Positions 1-10,824 are shown, counted from the first letter of the stretch. The stretch is 64,000 nucleotides of DNA from Candidatus Poribacteria bacterium (GCA_965222225.1 CBDCTK010000002.1:2016001-2080000); one strand, 5' to 3'. A program made the numbers and translations. The notes: generated from the sequence alone by a model not told the origin.

Positions 1-142
1 TGGTCACGGCGGAAATGAACACGAACGGTCAAACGAAATATCACTTTTATCAACAAACACATTGGTCGTGGATATGGTCAAAAGCCTGTAGTGTGCGCAG
101 TGCGCACCAGCCTTTGTAAGCTGCAAAGTGGAATCGGAGGAG

Positions 143-329
143 ATTGAGCGATTGACTAACGAGAGATTATATGACTGAATATGGAATGCGATAGAGTTCC
201 CCTAGAAATCCCTTGTTAATTCCTACATTGCCACCTCTTGTTAAGGTTTGTAAGAGCTCGCTCATGCGAAGTATATTGCAGGAAAAGGCTGGTGGAATCC
301 CTATCGCAGTCATTATCCATTCCATTGAT
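143..329. repeat. Micro-element copies: 166-200 (-) nested in split copy 143-165/201-211; 295-329 (+) inside a REP
   Basis: Match to the GGAT..CTATCGC..TTGAT framework, 35 nt each. Confidence 0.85.
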
Positions 330-366
330 CGCAGTGCGCACCCTACAAATGTGCTTTTTGAGGTCT

Positions 367-423
367 GTAGGAGCGAGCTCCCGATCGCGACGTTCATATC
401 GCGAGCAGAGCTCGCTCCTACAG
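367..423. repeat. REP doublet (REPIN-like), GTAGGAGCGA family
   Basis: gtaggagcgagctcccgatcgcgac ... atcgcgagcagagctcgctcctac; related copies near 1676, 2931, 9935, 10045, 22679, 26279, 27441, 31056. Confidence 0.8.
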
Positions 424-476
424 AAAACCGAACCACGAACGTACTAATAAATTCATAATCTATTGCAAGGAGGTAA

Positions 477-1646
477 ATGATGGCGATTTCAGTATCCACA
501 GTTGCAGCGATGCTCATGTTGGGCTTACTGGCGACATCCGCCGCTCGAACTCACATTGAAGGGCACAGTCATACCCGTGCTAGCATTCACAGAGTTACGT
601 GGGGAACGGTCGATGACAAAACCGTCTACTTGTACACGCTGGATAACGGGCAGGGCATAACCGCAAAAATCACCAACTACGGGGCGCTCCTTACGGAACT
701 TCACCTCCCCGACCGCAACGGCGAGAACGCCGATGTCGCCCTCGGATTCGATACGCTTGACGGCTACCTCGCCGGTCACCCGTATTTCGGCTGCACGGTT
801 GGTAGAGTCGCCAACCGCATCGCCAACGGCAAATTCACGCTTGATGGAAAGGATTACACGCTGGCGACTAACATGGGTAGTAGCCACCTGCACGGCGGAG
901 AAAAGGGATTTGACAAAATGGTATGGGATATTGTCGAGGCGAAGGAAAACGATGCGGGCGCCTCCTTGACGATGAAATACGTCAGTCCCGGCGGTGAAGA
1001 GGGCTATCCCGGCAACCTGACGGTGACGGTTACTTATACACTGAAGGCGCGCGACCTTCGGATCGACATGCGCGCCGAAACCGACGCACCTACCATCGTG
1101 AATCTTGCCAACCATGCTTACTGGAATCTCGCGGGGCATGACGCCGGCGATATCCTGAAGCACGAATTGAGCCTGAATGTCGACAACTACACGCCGACGG
1201 ACGAAACAGTCATCCCGACGGGCGAGATTGCATCGGTGAAAAACACGCCGTTCGATTTCCGCGAATCCAAACCGATTGGGAGGGATATTGGACAGTTGCC
1301 CGGCGATGGCGGCGAGGATCCCGGGGGATACGACATCAATTTCGCTCTCAATGGCGAGGCGGGGACGATGAGGTTGGCGGCTCGCGTCAGCGAACCGAGT
1401 TCCGGCCGCAATATGGAAGTCCATACCGACGCACCGGGGGTGCAGCTCTACACCGGCAACTACCTAGATGGGTCATTTAGCGGCAAGGGCGACACCGTCT
1501 ACAAAAAACATGCGGGGTTCTGCCTTGAGACCCAGCACTTTCCGGACGCAATTAACAAAGAGGGGACACCCGGCTGGCAATCGGTTATTCTGCGCCCGAT
1601 CGAGGTCTATAGCCACAGCATTCTCTTCAAGTTCTCGACAGAGTGA
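477..1646 (+). CDS. galM: Aldose 1-epimerase (galactose mutarotase) with N-terminal signal-like peptide
   Basis: Motifs GRVANRI, HLHGG, NLANHAYWNL, GFCLETQHFPD; RBS aggaggt upstream; hydrophobic N-terminus. Confidence 0.92.
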   Translation: MMAISVSTVAAMLMLGLLATSAARTHIEGHSHTRASIHRVTWGTVDDKTVYLYTLDNGQGITAKITNYGALLTELHLPDRNGENADVALGFDTLDGYLAGHPYFGCTVGRVANRIANGKFTLDGKDYTLATNMGSSHLHGGEKGFDKMVWDIVEAKENDAGASLTMKYVSPGGEEGYPGNLTVTVTYTLKARDLRIDMRAETDAPTIVNLANHAYWNLAGHDAGDILKHELSLNVDNYTPTDETVIPTGEIASVKNTPFDFRESKPIGRDIGQLPGDGGEDPGGYDINFALNGEAGTMRLAARVSEPSSGRNMEVHTDAPGVQLYTGNYLDGSFSGKGDTVYKKHAGFCLETQHFPDAINKEGTPGWQSVILRPIEVYSHSILFKFSTE

Positions 1647-1705
1647 GATTCTGTTTGAAATCACCGCAACCGGTAGTAGGAGCGATCTCCGAATCGCGAC
1701 CGATT

Positions 1706-1787
1706 GTCGGGAATCGGAAGGGATCTCTATCGCGCTCCTTATCCAGTCGCTTGATCTCAGTTGATCGTTCGGTTGATCCCGACTTAC
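1706..1787 (+). repeat. REP (gtcggg...cccgacttac) carrying micro-element 1721-1755 and two tail remnants
   Basis: ggatctctatcgcgctccttatccagtcgcttgat + ctcagttgat + cgttcggttgat. Confidence 0.85.
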
Positions 1788-1906
1788 GGGAATGGGTGGG
1801 AATTTGGGTATGTTAATAAACACATGTGTAATTCTTAGTTGCAATGACTATAAATGTAAATTTATTCATGAAGGTTACTCAACTCATGAATCAGGAGAGA
1901 AACAAG

Positions 1907-2881
1907 ATGGAGGCATTTATGAATAGAGATTGGGATGGGGGACCGGTTCGGTATCCCGATCCGGCAATAGAAATTCTCGATCCGCGGTTCGAAGACTACC
2001 CGATCGGAAATTCGGCGGTCGAGCGCCTCTGGACGGGGTGCCGCTGGGCGGAGGGACCCGTCTGGTTTGGCGATGGTCGCTATCTCCTCTGGAGCGATAT
2101 TCCCAATAACAGAATCCTGCGCTGGACGGAGGAGACGGGTGAGGTTAGCGTCTACCGATCGCCTTCCAACAACAGCAACGGCAACACGCGCGACAAGCAA
2201 GGGCGGTTGATTACCTGTGAACACGGCGCCCGACGCGTCACGCGCACTGAGCTTGACGGCACAATCACGGTGCTGATGGACAGATTCGAGGGAAAGCGCT
2301 TGAACGCGCCCAACGATGTAGTCGTTCATGAAGACGACCACGTCTGGTTCACTGATCCGGGTTACGGGATTTTGCTGAATTATGAGGGACACCTGGCAGA
2401 GTTCGAGTTGCCGACCAATGTCTATCGGCTCAATCCGGATACCGGCGAGGCAACCGTGGTGGTAGACGAGCTTGAGAAACCGAACGGACTATGTTTCTCG
2501 CCCGATTATTCGCGGCTCTACCTCGTTGACACCGGCGTCTCGCACAAGCCGAATCATCCTCGTCATATCCGTGTCTACGATGTCCTAGACGGGGCGATCC
2601 TGACGAACGGCAGGAATTTCTGTGACATGGCACCAGGGATGTCGGATGGTATACGTTGCGACATTGACGGCAACCTGTGGGCGTCCGCAGGCTGGGATGG
2701 CGAGGGATTCGACGGGGTGCATATCTTTGCCTCGGATGGCGACCTAATCGGCAAGATTCATCTCCCGGAGGTTTGCGCCAATCTGTGCTTCGGCGGCGTC
2801 AAGAAAAATCGGCTGTTCATGGCTGGCAGCCAATCCCTTTACTCGCTCTATGTGGAGACGCAGGGGGCGCAAACGCCGTAA
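1907..2881 (+). CDS. SMP-30/gluconolactonase/LRE family protein
   Basis: EGPVW, SNGNTRD, PNDVVV, PNGLCFSPD, DGIRCD motifs; start 1907 or 1919, both with an RBS. Confidence 0.88.
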   Translation: MEAFMNRDWDGGPVRYPDPAIEILDPRFEDYPIGNSAVERLWTGCRWAEGPVWFGDGRYLLWSDIPNNRILRWTEETGEVSVYRSPSNNSNGNTRDKQGRLITCEHGARRVTRTELDGTITVLMDRFEGKRLNAPNDVVVHEDDHVWFTDPGYGILLNYEGHLAEFELPTNVYRLNPDTGEATVVVDELEKPNGLCFSPDYSRLYLVDTGVSHKPNHPRHIRVYDVLDGAILTNGRNFCDMAPGMSDGIRCDIDGNLWASAGWDGEGFDGVHIFASDGDLIGKIHLPEVCANLCFGGVKKNRLFMAGSQSLYSLYVETQGAQTP

Positions 2882-2930
2882 AGATTGGAAGGATGGAAGG
2901 GCGGAATGGAAGTTGATTGACACGAATTTT

Positions 2931-3423
2931 GTAGGAGCGATCTCCAGGTCGCGACCTCCTGTAGGGTGGGATCAAAGGAGTGAGTAGCGACTACGATAGA
3001 GATCCCCTGCCCACCATTTCTTGTAGCAATCGAGAGCGATCGGATAAGGAGCGTTCAACTGAGTGATTAACGAAGGCCATAGAAGATCTTGATAGAGATC
3101 CCATCGCGACAGAACTCCCGTGGAACTCCTCCCGGCCTTTGAAAGCGCCAGCGGCGCGACAGGTGTATAGCGCGCCATTATTCCGTCAGGGATAATGGCG
3201 CGCTATAGATAAAACGTCGGGGCAAGATGCCCCTCCTACATAAAAATGTAAGGCAGTGCCTATTCTACATATCTATCAAGAACACTCTTTCAAAGCTAGT
3301 CATAGAGCGAAAGATGAGTGTTTCTTGCTGAAAGAATCATTCCGACAGGAACGATGGTGTGCTATACACCTTCGGGATTTCTACCGCACTCGCTATTCGC
3401 TCCCTTGATCCCACTCTGGGGCT
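2931..3423. repeat. Mosaic of REP palindromes and micro-elements (2971-3005, 3054-3089, 3375-3409) plus a long hairpin at 3166-3207
   Basis: Direct reading; several GTAG/CTAC-bounded palindromes. Confidence 0.8.
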
Positions 3424-3543
3424 TGCGAAGATTGGTTTCAAGGCAAATTGTGCCATTACAAATTGGCTTTCAAACGGCTCGTATTTTAATCCAAGTCTCT
3501 CACCCAAAATCGCGGTTCACCAACAAAATCGTTCGGAGAGAAA

Positions 3544-5070
3544 ATGGCAGAAAATCGAATTAACCCTGAAAGTTCAACAGCGGAAACTGTCCCCGGCGGG
3601 TGTTTGCCGGACTGGGAGGTTCACGACCTTCCCGCGCCTCCGCCCTACCGTTTCGGGCGAACATTTCACAATATCCTGGGTCCCGGAATCATTGCGCTTG
3701 GGGGATCGATTGGCAGCGGCGAGTGGCTGCTAGGTCCCGCGATTACGGCACAATACGGCGGTAGGCTGCTGTGGATCGCGACGGTTGCCATCTTCCTTCA
3801 GTCATTCCTCAACACGGAAGCCATACGCTATACCGTTTATACAGGCGAACCGATGTTCAGTGGCTATATGCGATGCCGGCCGGGTTCGCGGTTCTGGGCG
3901 TTCTTTTATTCAATTATCGATTTCTTCGGCATCTGGCCCGGATGGGCGATGGCTGCCGCTACAGCCGTTGGCGCCGCTTGGTTGGGGTATTTGCCGGGTG
4001 ATGCGGATCAGGCGACGGTCCGGACATTTGCATATCTCATCTTCTTCGTTTGCCTTTTTATTGTTCTGTTCGGCGGTAAAATCTATAACGTCCTTGAGAA
4101 AGTTCAACTATTCATGGTGGTGTGGATTATCGGATACTTGCTCATTATTGACGTTTTTATGGTATCTCCGAAAGTTTGGTGGACGGTCATCAAGGGATTC
4201 TTGAGTTTCGGCGCACTACCCGCCGCAGATGAGGGCGGGGACGGGATTGATTGGCTGCTGCTCGGCGCATTTGCGGCATACGCCGGTAGCGGCGGCTTGG
4301 GGAATGTCACCATTACCAACTACGTCCGAGATAAGGGGTGGGGAATGAGCAGTCTCGTCGGGGCAATTCCATCCATAATCGGCGGGCATAAGGTGACGCT
4401 GTCGCATTTTGGCAAGGTATTTCGTATCACGCCTGAAAACCTTAACCGTTTCCGCGAGTGGTGGAAGTATAACCGGTTCGAGCAGTACTACATCTGGGTG
4501 GTAGGCTGCTTTTTCGGGATGGCATTACCCGCGATGCTAACCATCTCGTTCGTCCCGTCGGGGCAGGCGATTGACGAGTGGTCGGCAGCTGCATTTCAAG
4601 CGGAGGGGCTGGCGGCGAAGGGCGGGCAAATTTTCTGGTATCTCACGCTGTTATGCGGGTTTTGGGTGCTTTTTTCAACGCAGTTAGGTAACGTAGACAG
4701 CGTCACCCGCCGTTACACGGACATCATTTGGACGGGGTTCTCAAGAGCGCGGAAATTGAAAGAATCGGACGCGAAGTTTATCTATTACCCGATTCTGATC
4801 GTCTATATCCTGTGGGGTGTGGTTGCCATGTACCTTGCCAAGCCGTTTTTCATGATTTTGGTTTCCGCGACGGTTGGCGGCTACCTGCTGGTGATTACGT
4901 CGCTGCACACGCTTTACGTAAACCGGAAGTTCCTGCCTAAGGAGATTCAGCCTCCGGTCTGGCGGCAGGTTGGGCTCGTATTGTGCGCGGTATTTTATTC
5001 GATTTTCGGCACGCTAACCGTGATTCAGAAGGTGATTGTGCCCTATATCCTGCCGCTAATATTGGGGTAA
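3544..5070 (+). CDS. Nramp-like/APC-fold multi-pass membrane transporter
   Basis: LGPGIIALGGSIGSGEWLLGP N-terminal motif; about 11 hydrophobic segments. Confidence 0.7.
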   Translation: MAENRINPESSTAETVPGGCLPDWEVHDLPAPPPYRFGRTFHNILGPGIIALGGSIGSGEWLLGPAITAQYGGRLLWIATVAIFLQSFLNTEAIRYTVYTGEPMFSGYMRCRPGSRFWAFFYSIIDFFGIWPGWAMAAATAVGAAWLGYLPGDADQATVRTFAYLIFFVCLFIVLFGGKIYNVLEKVQLFMVVWIIGYLLIIDVFMVSPKVWWTVIKGFLSFGALPAADEGGDGIDWLLLGAFAAYAGSGGLGNVTITNYVRDKGWGMSSLVGAIPSIIGGHKVTLSHFGKVFRITPENLNRFREWWKYNRFEQYYIWVVGCFFGMALPAMLTISFVPSGQAIDEWSAAAFQAEGLAAKGGQIFWYLTLLCGFWVLFSTQLGNVDSVTRRYTDIIWTGFSRARKLKESDAKFIYYPILIVYILWGVVAMYLAKPFFMILVSATVGGYLLVITSLHTLYVNRKFLPKEIQPPVWRQVGLVLCAVFYSIFGTLTVIQKVIVPYILPLILG

Positions 5071-5185
5071 TCTCAAGAGGGCTTACGCAGAAAGCAAAAT
5101 CAATGATTATTTCAGGTTTCAGGCGTTTCGTAGGGAATAACGATCATTATTCCCTACAGTATCAACATGAACAAACCTTAACACA

Positions 5186-5782
5186 TCACCGCAGACAACT
5201 CTGTACAATCTCGCGGTAAACCTCCAATCCGGGTGTTTCGAGGTTCTTTACTTTCGCGAGGTCGTCCCACCGCCGCAAGTTGAGCGCATCTTCGGAATAG
5301 GGGATTCGCTCAAACGCCAACCGCTCATCGTCCGACATGACCCCGCCCTGAACTCGGAAACTCCGCTTTGACGCTTCGGATAAACCGTCGTAATATTCCG
5401 CATCTGTCGTGCATAGGTACCGCTTTGCGGGCACGTGCAATCGCACCGGCGTCGTAACCGCGTCCGGGAAAAACGGCTCCAGAAAGTTCGCGCCAACCTC
5501 CTCGTGATTCAGGTCGTGTGCCAAGAACGCTTTGTCGGCATTATGTTCGTCCAACAAAAAGTGTCCCAGATCATGTAACAGGGCGCTTGTAATCTGCGTC
5601 GGCGTGGCATCATTGATGTGAGCTTGGTTGGCGCATTGGAGCGCGTGTTCCAGTTGTGTCACGGACTCGTCGTAAAAGGATTGTCCCCTCCGTACCATAC
5701 AGTCGAACAGGATGGCAATCTTCTGGTGGCTTGTCGCGCGCGCCATGTCGTCCGCGAGCGTTTGGTCAATACTATTCTTCAT
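5186..5782 (-). CDS. phnZ: HD-domain diiron oxygenase, PhnZ-like
   Basis: TQLEHALQ, ALLHDLGH, HEEVGA, HVPAKRYL, QGG, LRRWDDLAK; overlaps the upstream PhnY-like gene. Confidence 0.75.
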   Translation of the reverse strand: MKNSIDQTLADDMARATSHQKIAILFDCMVRRGQSFYDESVTQLEHALQCANQAHINDATPTQITSALLHDLGHFLLDEHNADKAFLAHDLNHEEVGANFLEPFFPDAVTTPVRLHVPAKRYLCTTDAEYYDGLSEASKRSFRVQGGVMSDDERLAFERIPYSEDALNLRRWDDLAKVKNLETPGLEVYREIVQSCLR

Positions 5783-6563
5783 AGTTCAATACAGTCCTTC
5801 CCTGAAAATGGGCTATCTTGCTGATTTGACCCGACCTTCCCGACTCATCTGCCGCGTACTGCGAAAACGCCTGACGCTTGTCCTCGTAATACTTATCGCG
5901 CCAATCGCCATCGGAGAGGTGATTGTAGACGGCGTAGATGATGCGTCTGGGGGTATCTGAACCGTTTGCATCGCTCTTGTGGGGAATGTAGGAGCTGAAC
6001 AACAGAACATCACCCGGTTGCGTGGGCGCGGCAACCCAATCCATGCTTTCTGCAATTTCGGGAGCGATACAACCGTCCGTATCCAGCGCAATCAAGCCCT
6101 CCCGATGCCGCCCGGGCGAGAAGTACAAACACCCGTTCTCGACCGTCGCCGCATCTATTGAGATTAGGCATGTGGTGTGGTTTTTGACGAACTCGTAGGC
6201 GGGTGCATCCTGGTGGGGAGCGTAACCGCCACCGCCAGGGTATTTGTAGTTGATTTTCTCTTTGTAGAGCACGGCAGGCTCGCCTGTCAACTCCGAAATC
6301 ACCTCCGACACTTTGCCAGCCGTCAGGATCGATTTCATTCCCTCATGATACGGAGCGAAGTTTTCCGTGCGCGAGAGCCGGGTTCCGTCCGATACCGATT
6401 CGTAATGGTGCATCCACCTCTGCGGATCTTGCCCCCAGCTTTCGATTTCAGTGACCCATTGACATAGCGCGGCGACCTCGCTATCCGAGAAGAATCCGCG
6501 AATCCTAAGGTATCCGTTGGTTTCCCAAGCGTTGTGCTGTGACGGTTCCAGGTAAGTAGACAT
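5772..6563 (-). CDS. Fe(II)/2-oxoglutarate dioxygenase, PhyH family, PhnY-like
   Basis: KEKINYKYPGGGGYAPHQD plus distal His; coupled to the PhnZ-like gene. Confidence 0.8.
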   Translation of the reverse strand: MSTYLEPSQHNAWETNGYLRIRGFFSDSEVAALCQWVTEIESWGQDPQRWMHHYESVSDGTRLSRTENFAPYHEGMKSILTAGKVSEVISELTGEPAVLYKEKINYKYPGGGGYAPHQDAPAYEFVKNHTTCLISIDAATVENGCLYFSPGRHREGLIALDTDGCIAPEIAESMDWVAAPTQPGDVLLFSSYIPHKSDANGSDTPRRIIYAVYNHLSDGDWRDKYYEDKRQAFSQYAADESGRSGQISKIAHFQGRTVLNYEE

Positions 6564-6695
6564 AAAGCATGTCCTCGTTGTTGGGGTTGGATGGGGTGTC
6601 GGATTTCACAAAGATTTCGGTGTATTCAAGCATTGTGGAGTGCCGAATGCGCAGGTTACGGCATACAGAGTGTGCCTACTACTGTTTGCTGCTTC

Positions 6696-8432
6696 TTACT
6701 CCTTGTGATTGGAGGATACGAGGTCGTCCATCGGGTTTTCGATTGCTATCCGATAGTCCCATCCCCAGGTGTAATTCGCACACTTAATCATAAGGGTGTT
6801 CCAGCCCGCGCGCAACGGCAGCTCGACATGACCTGAATTTCCGTAGCCCGCACCCGAAATCCGAAATTCGTCTCCGTTTACGAAGAGGCGCCCGATGTCT
6901 TTCCATCGCACCGCCGCCAAAACCGTCCGATTCTCAGGGCTCTTGATGTAGGTCACTCCGTATCCGATTGTCCAATTCGGTTCACCAAACGCCTCGTCCA
7001 ATTTAACCAAACCGTCCTCGGCACGGTATTCCTGCCAGCTAATTTGCCCGGTTTTGCCCTGATAAGCTGAATTATTCAACTCCGGTAGAAGGTTGGCGGT
7101 GAACTGTGCCGGATATACTCCCGGGGTTGCGGGCTCTTGCGTCACGCCGAGTTCCAAGGGACCCAGAATCATCCAATGATTAAGACTGTACAAATCCGTC
7201 GGGTCAACCAGATTGATTATGTCTAACTGACCGTACAACACCTCTCCGCCGTACGCAATTGAATAGCCGTAGGTGGGGAACGGCAGCAACATGTTGGATG
7301 GGCAGGAAAGCTTCATGGTACTCCTCGCTTCCTCGCCCGGTTGGGCCTCAAGGGCAATATTGGGCGGCGTTATCCGCCAGTTCGCCTCCAAACCGAAAGT
7401 GACTTCGGCTCTCACCGGTTTTTCGAGCGTATTCTTCAACCGGAATTCAACAGTGCCGCTCGACCGTGTTTGTTTCCTGTTGACCTTGAAATCGGGCTTG
7501 AATGTGAGCAGGTTGATTAGTTTCTCTTTGAATTCCGCCGTCGAAATGTCCGCCGGATGAACGTTGCCGGGTTCAATAATCGCAACACCCACATCGTTGC
7601 CATCCACCGTCACAATGCTGTAATGGTCAAACGCGCCGAATTCTTTCGTCTCCTGCGGCGTGAAAGCTCCACCGGTCGCACCTAGAACGAAATACCGATG
7701 GTCTTCCCGCGTGTGCAGCGTCAGGTTGTGGTAGTGCCCCGCGAAAACCGTGTATTCACGTCCTGCAAGCCCCGCCTCAATCTCAAGCCACCCCGAGTCT
7801 TCATGCAGCCACGCAGGTTTGTGTAACAGGACAAACGTGTGCCGCACGTCTTTATGTTTCGCCAATTCTGTGAGGGCGTAGTCGATTTGGCGAGCGCCAA
7901 ACCAGTTTTCCCGCCAGCCATCGTCAGATTTGGGAAGACCGTGTCTTTCCTCCGTATTGAGTAGCAGAAACAGGCATTTTTTGTAGGTGAACGCCGAGTA
8001 CGTCCGCCCAAGGTTATCAACCCAGTAATCGTACATCAGACGGTTTGTGATGTCGTGGTTGCCCGGCAACGGTATAAAGGGAACGTCCAAAGCGGACTCA
8101 TGTCCCCAAAACTCTTTCCATTCCGATTCAATCCGTTTAAAGTCCATTGTGTACCCCGGAATCAGATCGCCGACCATGATGGCGAAGTCGGGTTTCAGCG
8201 CGTTGATTTCGGCGATGGCGCGGTCAAACACGTGCCACTTGTCCTCGCCGCCGCCGGTCTTGTCACCGATGATGGCAAAGCTGAACTTATCCGGATCATC
8301 CGAGAACGGACGTTCAACAATCGGGATGCGGTCCGGGAAATGCGGGGTTTCGGCTCCTACCTTCACCGCAATTGAAAGGAACACGGCGAGGAGGATTAGC
8401 ATCCTATAAACATGAATGCATTTGTAGGGCAT
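6696..8432 (-). CDS. Secreted calcineurin-like metallophosphoesterase with C-terminal beta domains
   Basis: GD, GDLI, GNHD, GHYH motifs; signal peptide. Confidence 0.8.
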   Translation of the reverse strand: MPYKCIHVYRMLILLAVFLSIAVKVGAETPHFPDRIPIVERPFSDDPDKFSFAIIGDKTGGGEDKWHVFDRAIAEINALKPDFAIMVGDLIPGYTMDFKRIESEWKEFWGHESALDVPFIPLPGNHDITNRLMYDYWVDNLGRTYSAFTYKKCLFLLLNTEERHGLPKSDDGWRENWFGARQIDYALTELAKHKDVRHTFVLLHKPAWLHEDSGWLEIEAGLAGREYTVFAGHYHNLTLHTREDHRYFVLGATGGAFTPQETKEFGAFDHYSIVTVDGNDVGVAIIEPGNVHPADISTAEFKEKLINLLTFKPDFKVNRKQTRSSGTVEFRLKNTLEKPVRAEVTFGLEANWRITPPNIALEAQPGEEARSTMKLSCPSNMLLPFPTYGYSIAYGGEVLYGQLDIINLVDPTDLYSLNHWMILGPLELGVTQEPATPGVYPAQFTANLLPELNNSAYQGKTGQISWQEYRAEDGLVKLDEAFGEPNWTIGYGVTYIKSPENRTVLAAVRWKDIGRLFVNGDEFRISGAGYGNSGHVELPLRAGWNTLMIKCANYTWGWDYRIAIENPMDDLVSSNHKE

Positions 8433-8633
8433 TAATTATTTTTCCTAGTTTCTGTTGACATTTTTGTTGGGCGTGTGTGCAATCCAAGGGAGGAACCCAA
8501 CGGGTTGGGAGACCCAACCCCTACGGATGCCGGTGGATGCCTAACCAGAGGACTTGAACCCTTCGTCCATCCTTCTAACGGGATTAAGCAGTGACCACAT
8601 GTCAATTGAACGTGCAAAGCGCAAAGAGAACCC

Positions 8634-8694
8634 GTAGGGGCGGGGATCAAATGAGCGAATAGCGAATACGATAGGGATCTTCCCGCCCCGCCCT
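8634..8694 (-). repeat. REP gtaggggcgggg...cccgccccgccct with micro-element 8646-8680
   Basis: 35-nt insert separates the two arms of the palindrome. Confidence 0.82.
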
Positions 8695-8959
8695 GACTCC
8701 ACACAAATTCGGTTGCTTTGCCCAATTTGATTATTTGGGCGAGCCTATTTATGCCTCCCCAGATTAACTGGTGACGATGATATGTCAACGGAACCTAGTA
8801 TCATTGGTATTGAAGTCGGTTATCTTCAGCGGCACATGGCTTCATACTCAATAGATGTCGCGGAATTGTGGCGTTGGTATGGATTTTCCATGACGTGATG
8901 CCGGGTGAATAACTCGCATGGGCATACTGCTCCGGCAATTCGCGCGCTGCGTATGCACT

Positions 8960-9613
8960 TCACAATGCGACTTCTACCCTTTGCCATGCAATCCTTCCCT
9001 TGCACTGCGGACAATGGCCCGTTCTGGCGCGCCGGGTCAAGCGCTGTCGTTTCCATTCTTTGCCACAACCGCACTGTCCGCGCCAGCGCGGGGGCGTGTG
9101 ATCGACGTGGTGACAGCGTTTCGCCGTGCACCCAATCCGCCGCGCCACAGTTTTCCACTCCTCGTTGTGGCCATGATTCGGTCCGGCGATTGCGTGGGCG
9201 ATCTCGTGCAGAATCGTGTCAACAATCTCCGCTTTGGATGCCTTCAAGCAGTATGTTACGGAGAGCGCAATCAACTTTTCTTTGTACCTACATACACCGC
9301 CGCGGACAGGGGCGAGATCGAACGCAAACTTCCACCCTTTTTTGAGACCGCTCACCGTTTCGTGTTCTCGGATAAGGTGTAACCCCAGGGTTTCAACCTC
9401 TTTGAGTGGCATAGCGGACTCACCCGCCAGCGCTACGCGTGTCAAGGCGTCGTACGGGACGTTCCATAGCCCTTCGTGCTGTGTCCCTACCCGTGCCCAC
9501 CGTGACAGAAGTTTTTGGACTGTACCTTCCAGCGCGCCTGTCTTTGTTGTGAATGATACTCTTGTCCCCGGCGGGAATGCGGCTCCCGGGAACTCGGAGG
9601 TCACGATGCGCAT
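8960..9613 (-). CDS. SprT-like zinc metalloprotease domain protein
   Basis: HEIAH motif followed by HGHNEEWK and a C-terminal CxC...CxxC zinc ribbon. Confidence 0.78.
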   Translation of the reverse strand: MRIVTSEFPGAAFPPGTRVSFTTKTGALEGTVQKLLSRWARVGTQHEGLWNVPYDALTRVALAGESAMPLKEVETLGLHLIREHETVSGLKKGWKFAFDLAPVRGGVCRYKEKLIALSVTYCLKASKAEIVDTILHEIAHAIAGPNHGHNEEWKTVARRIGCTAKRCHHVDHTPPRWRGQCGCGKEWKRQRLTRRARTGHCPQCKGRIAWQRVEVAL

Positions 9614-9656
9614 GAATGCTTGATTCCTGCTCTGACAATGTCTCCATTGAAATTAC

Positions 9657-9758
9657 GATTTACGCAGTTGAATATTCTACGGTTCGCAGTGGGATTGTCG
9701 AACTGCTGGAGCAATCTTAGTTCCGGCACGGGTACAAACCGAACCGCGTAATCCCTAA
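9657..9758. mobile_element. Candidate MITE of about 100 bp
   Basis: Imperfect inverted ends gatttacgcagtt / aaccgcgtaatcc; the same end motif occurs near 425, 26227-26250 and 31136-31158. Confidence 0.4.
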
Positions 9759-9934
9759 CTATTATCGCACAATTTTCCGCATATTACCCTTAAAAAGTTT
9801 AGGAATAATGAGTGGATAATAGGAGGTAGCCTCATTTATAGAAGGGTGGAAGATTGGAAGGGACATAGATAAACGCGGACAGGAAAGAGAAAGGGAGAGG
9901 GGAATCCGGGATTTGACGATTCCGCCCTGCAACT

Positions 9935-10070
9935 GTAGGAGCGATTAAGCGAACGAACAGGGAGCGCGATAGTAAATCCCGTGCGATAGGGATCCTAACG
10001 CGATAGAGCTCCCATAGAGATCCCTCTCCCGGTCGCGACCTCCTGTCGCGAGTAAAACTCGCTCCTACAG
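9935..10070 (-). repeat. REP doublet with micro-element 9944-9979 and three stacked head remnants
   Basis: gtaggagcg[36-nt copy][..gcgatagggatcc][..gcgatagagctcc][catagagatcc]ctctcccggtcgcgac. Confidence 0.82.
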
Positions 10071-10435
10071 TGGACGTGCAATGATGGGGGTTCCATATTC
10101 GATTTAATGATTGGCGATCCCAATCCTTTTTTCGGGGCAAAGGAACAGAATCGTTACAAGATCGAAAAACAATATTCACACAATCGTCATCTGTTTGTAA
10201 CAAGCCCCTGTTATCATCCAAGGCGTTGAGGAAGTAGCATCATCATCCGTGCCGCTGTTATGCGGCTGACCGTGGCTACCGATTACCGAGCCGGAATGCT
10301 GCTGTGTGATGCGGATTTGGCAATTCAGACCTAGCACGTGAGGGGCGCGCCGAGAAGAGAAGCACAATGCTAGTCTCAATGGCTCAGAGCATAAAACACT
10401 CAACGCTGCGCTGAATTGAAAAGGAGGTTCAATTT

Positions 10436-10798
10436 ATGGCTAAAATGCCATCATGGATAGAAGCAAGCCCAACGGCATTGACGTGGCAGGAGTCGAGGTC
10501 GATTTTTGTTCTCAATGTATGGGTGCTTCCACTGTGGTTGTCGTATAGGAACAGACCTCGGCAGAGCCGGATTGTTGCCTATATCAAGCAACATAAGCCG
10601 GACTATGTCCTTCTTCAAGAGGTGTGGTGCTCACACGATGTAAATTGGTTAGAGAAACGGATGCCCGAATTTCAGGTGTTTCGATCCGGTCAGAAGCGCC
10701 GCCTAATAAATAGGGGCGGCTTGGATTGCGGCATGAGCGTTCGGGGCGCAGTTGCCGAGGGAGAGCACAAGGAGAGTGGCGGCAACGATAAAGCTTAA
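10436..10798 (+). pseudogene. N-terminal fragment of an endonuclease/exonuclease/phosphatase (EEP) family protein
   Basis: RBS aggagg; LNVW...PDYVLLQEVW...GGL motifs, then similarity is lost and the frame stops at 120 aa. Confidence 0.5.
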
Positions 10799-10824
10799 CA
10801 AGCTGAGGATGAAGGTTAGGTATC

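Noticed and set aside
295-329. Micro-element as a sequencing adapter or UMI artefact
   Set aside because: Copies avoid gene bodies, prefer REPs and a fixed self-site, and include eroded and multiply nested forms. This is disfavoured but not formally excluded without reads.
213-458. Short ORFs sharing a G(I/S)SIA(L/V)xI(H/R/Q)SLD peptide (also at 1468, 3359, 22701, 23985, 30839, 32908) as a peptide family
   Set aside because: The shared peptide is just the translated micro-element. The ORFs have no common start or RBS, and several third codon positions are invariant while first positions vary.
525-1424. Long antisense ORFs (also 12799-13341, 19944-20597, 28696-29343, 52278-52955)
   Set aside because: Shadows of well-supported genes on the opposite strand in GC-rich DNA.
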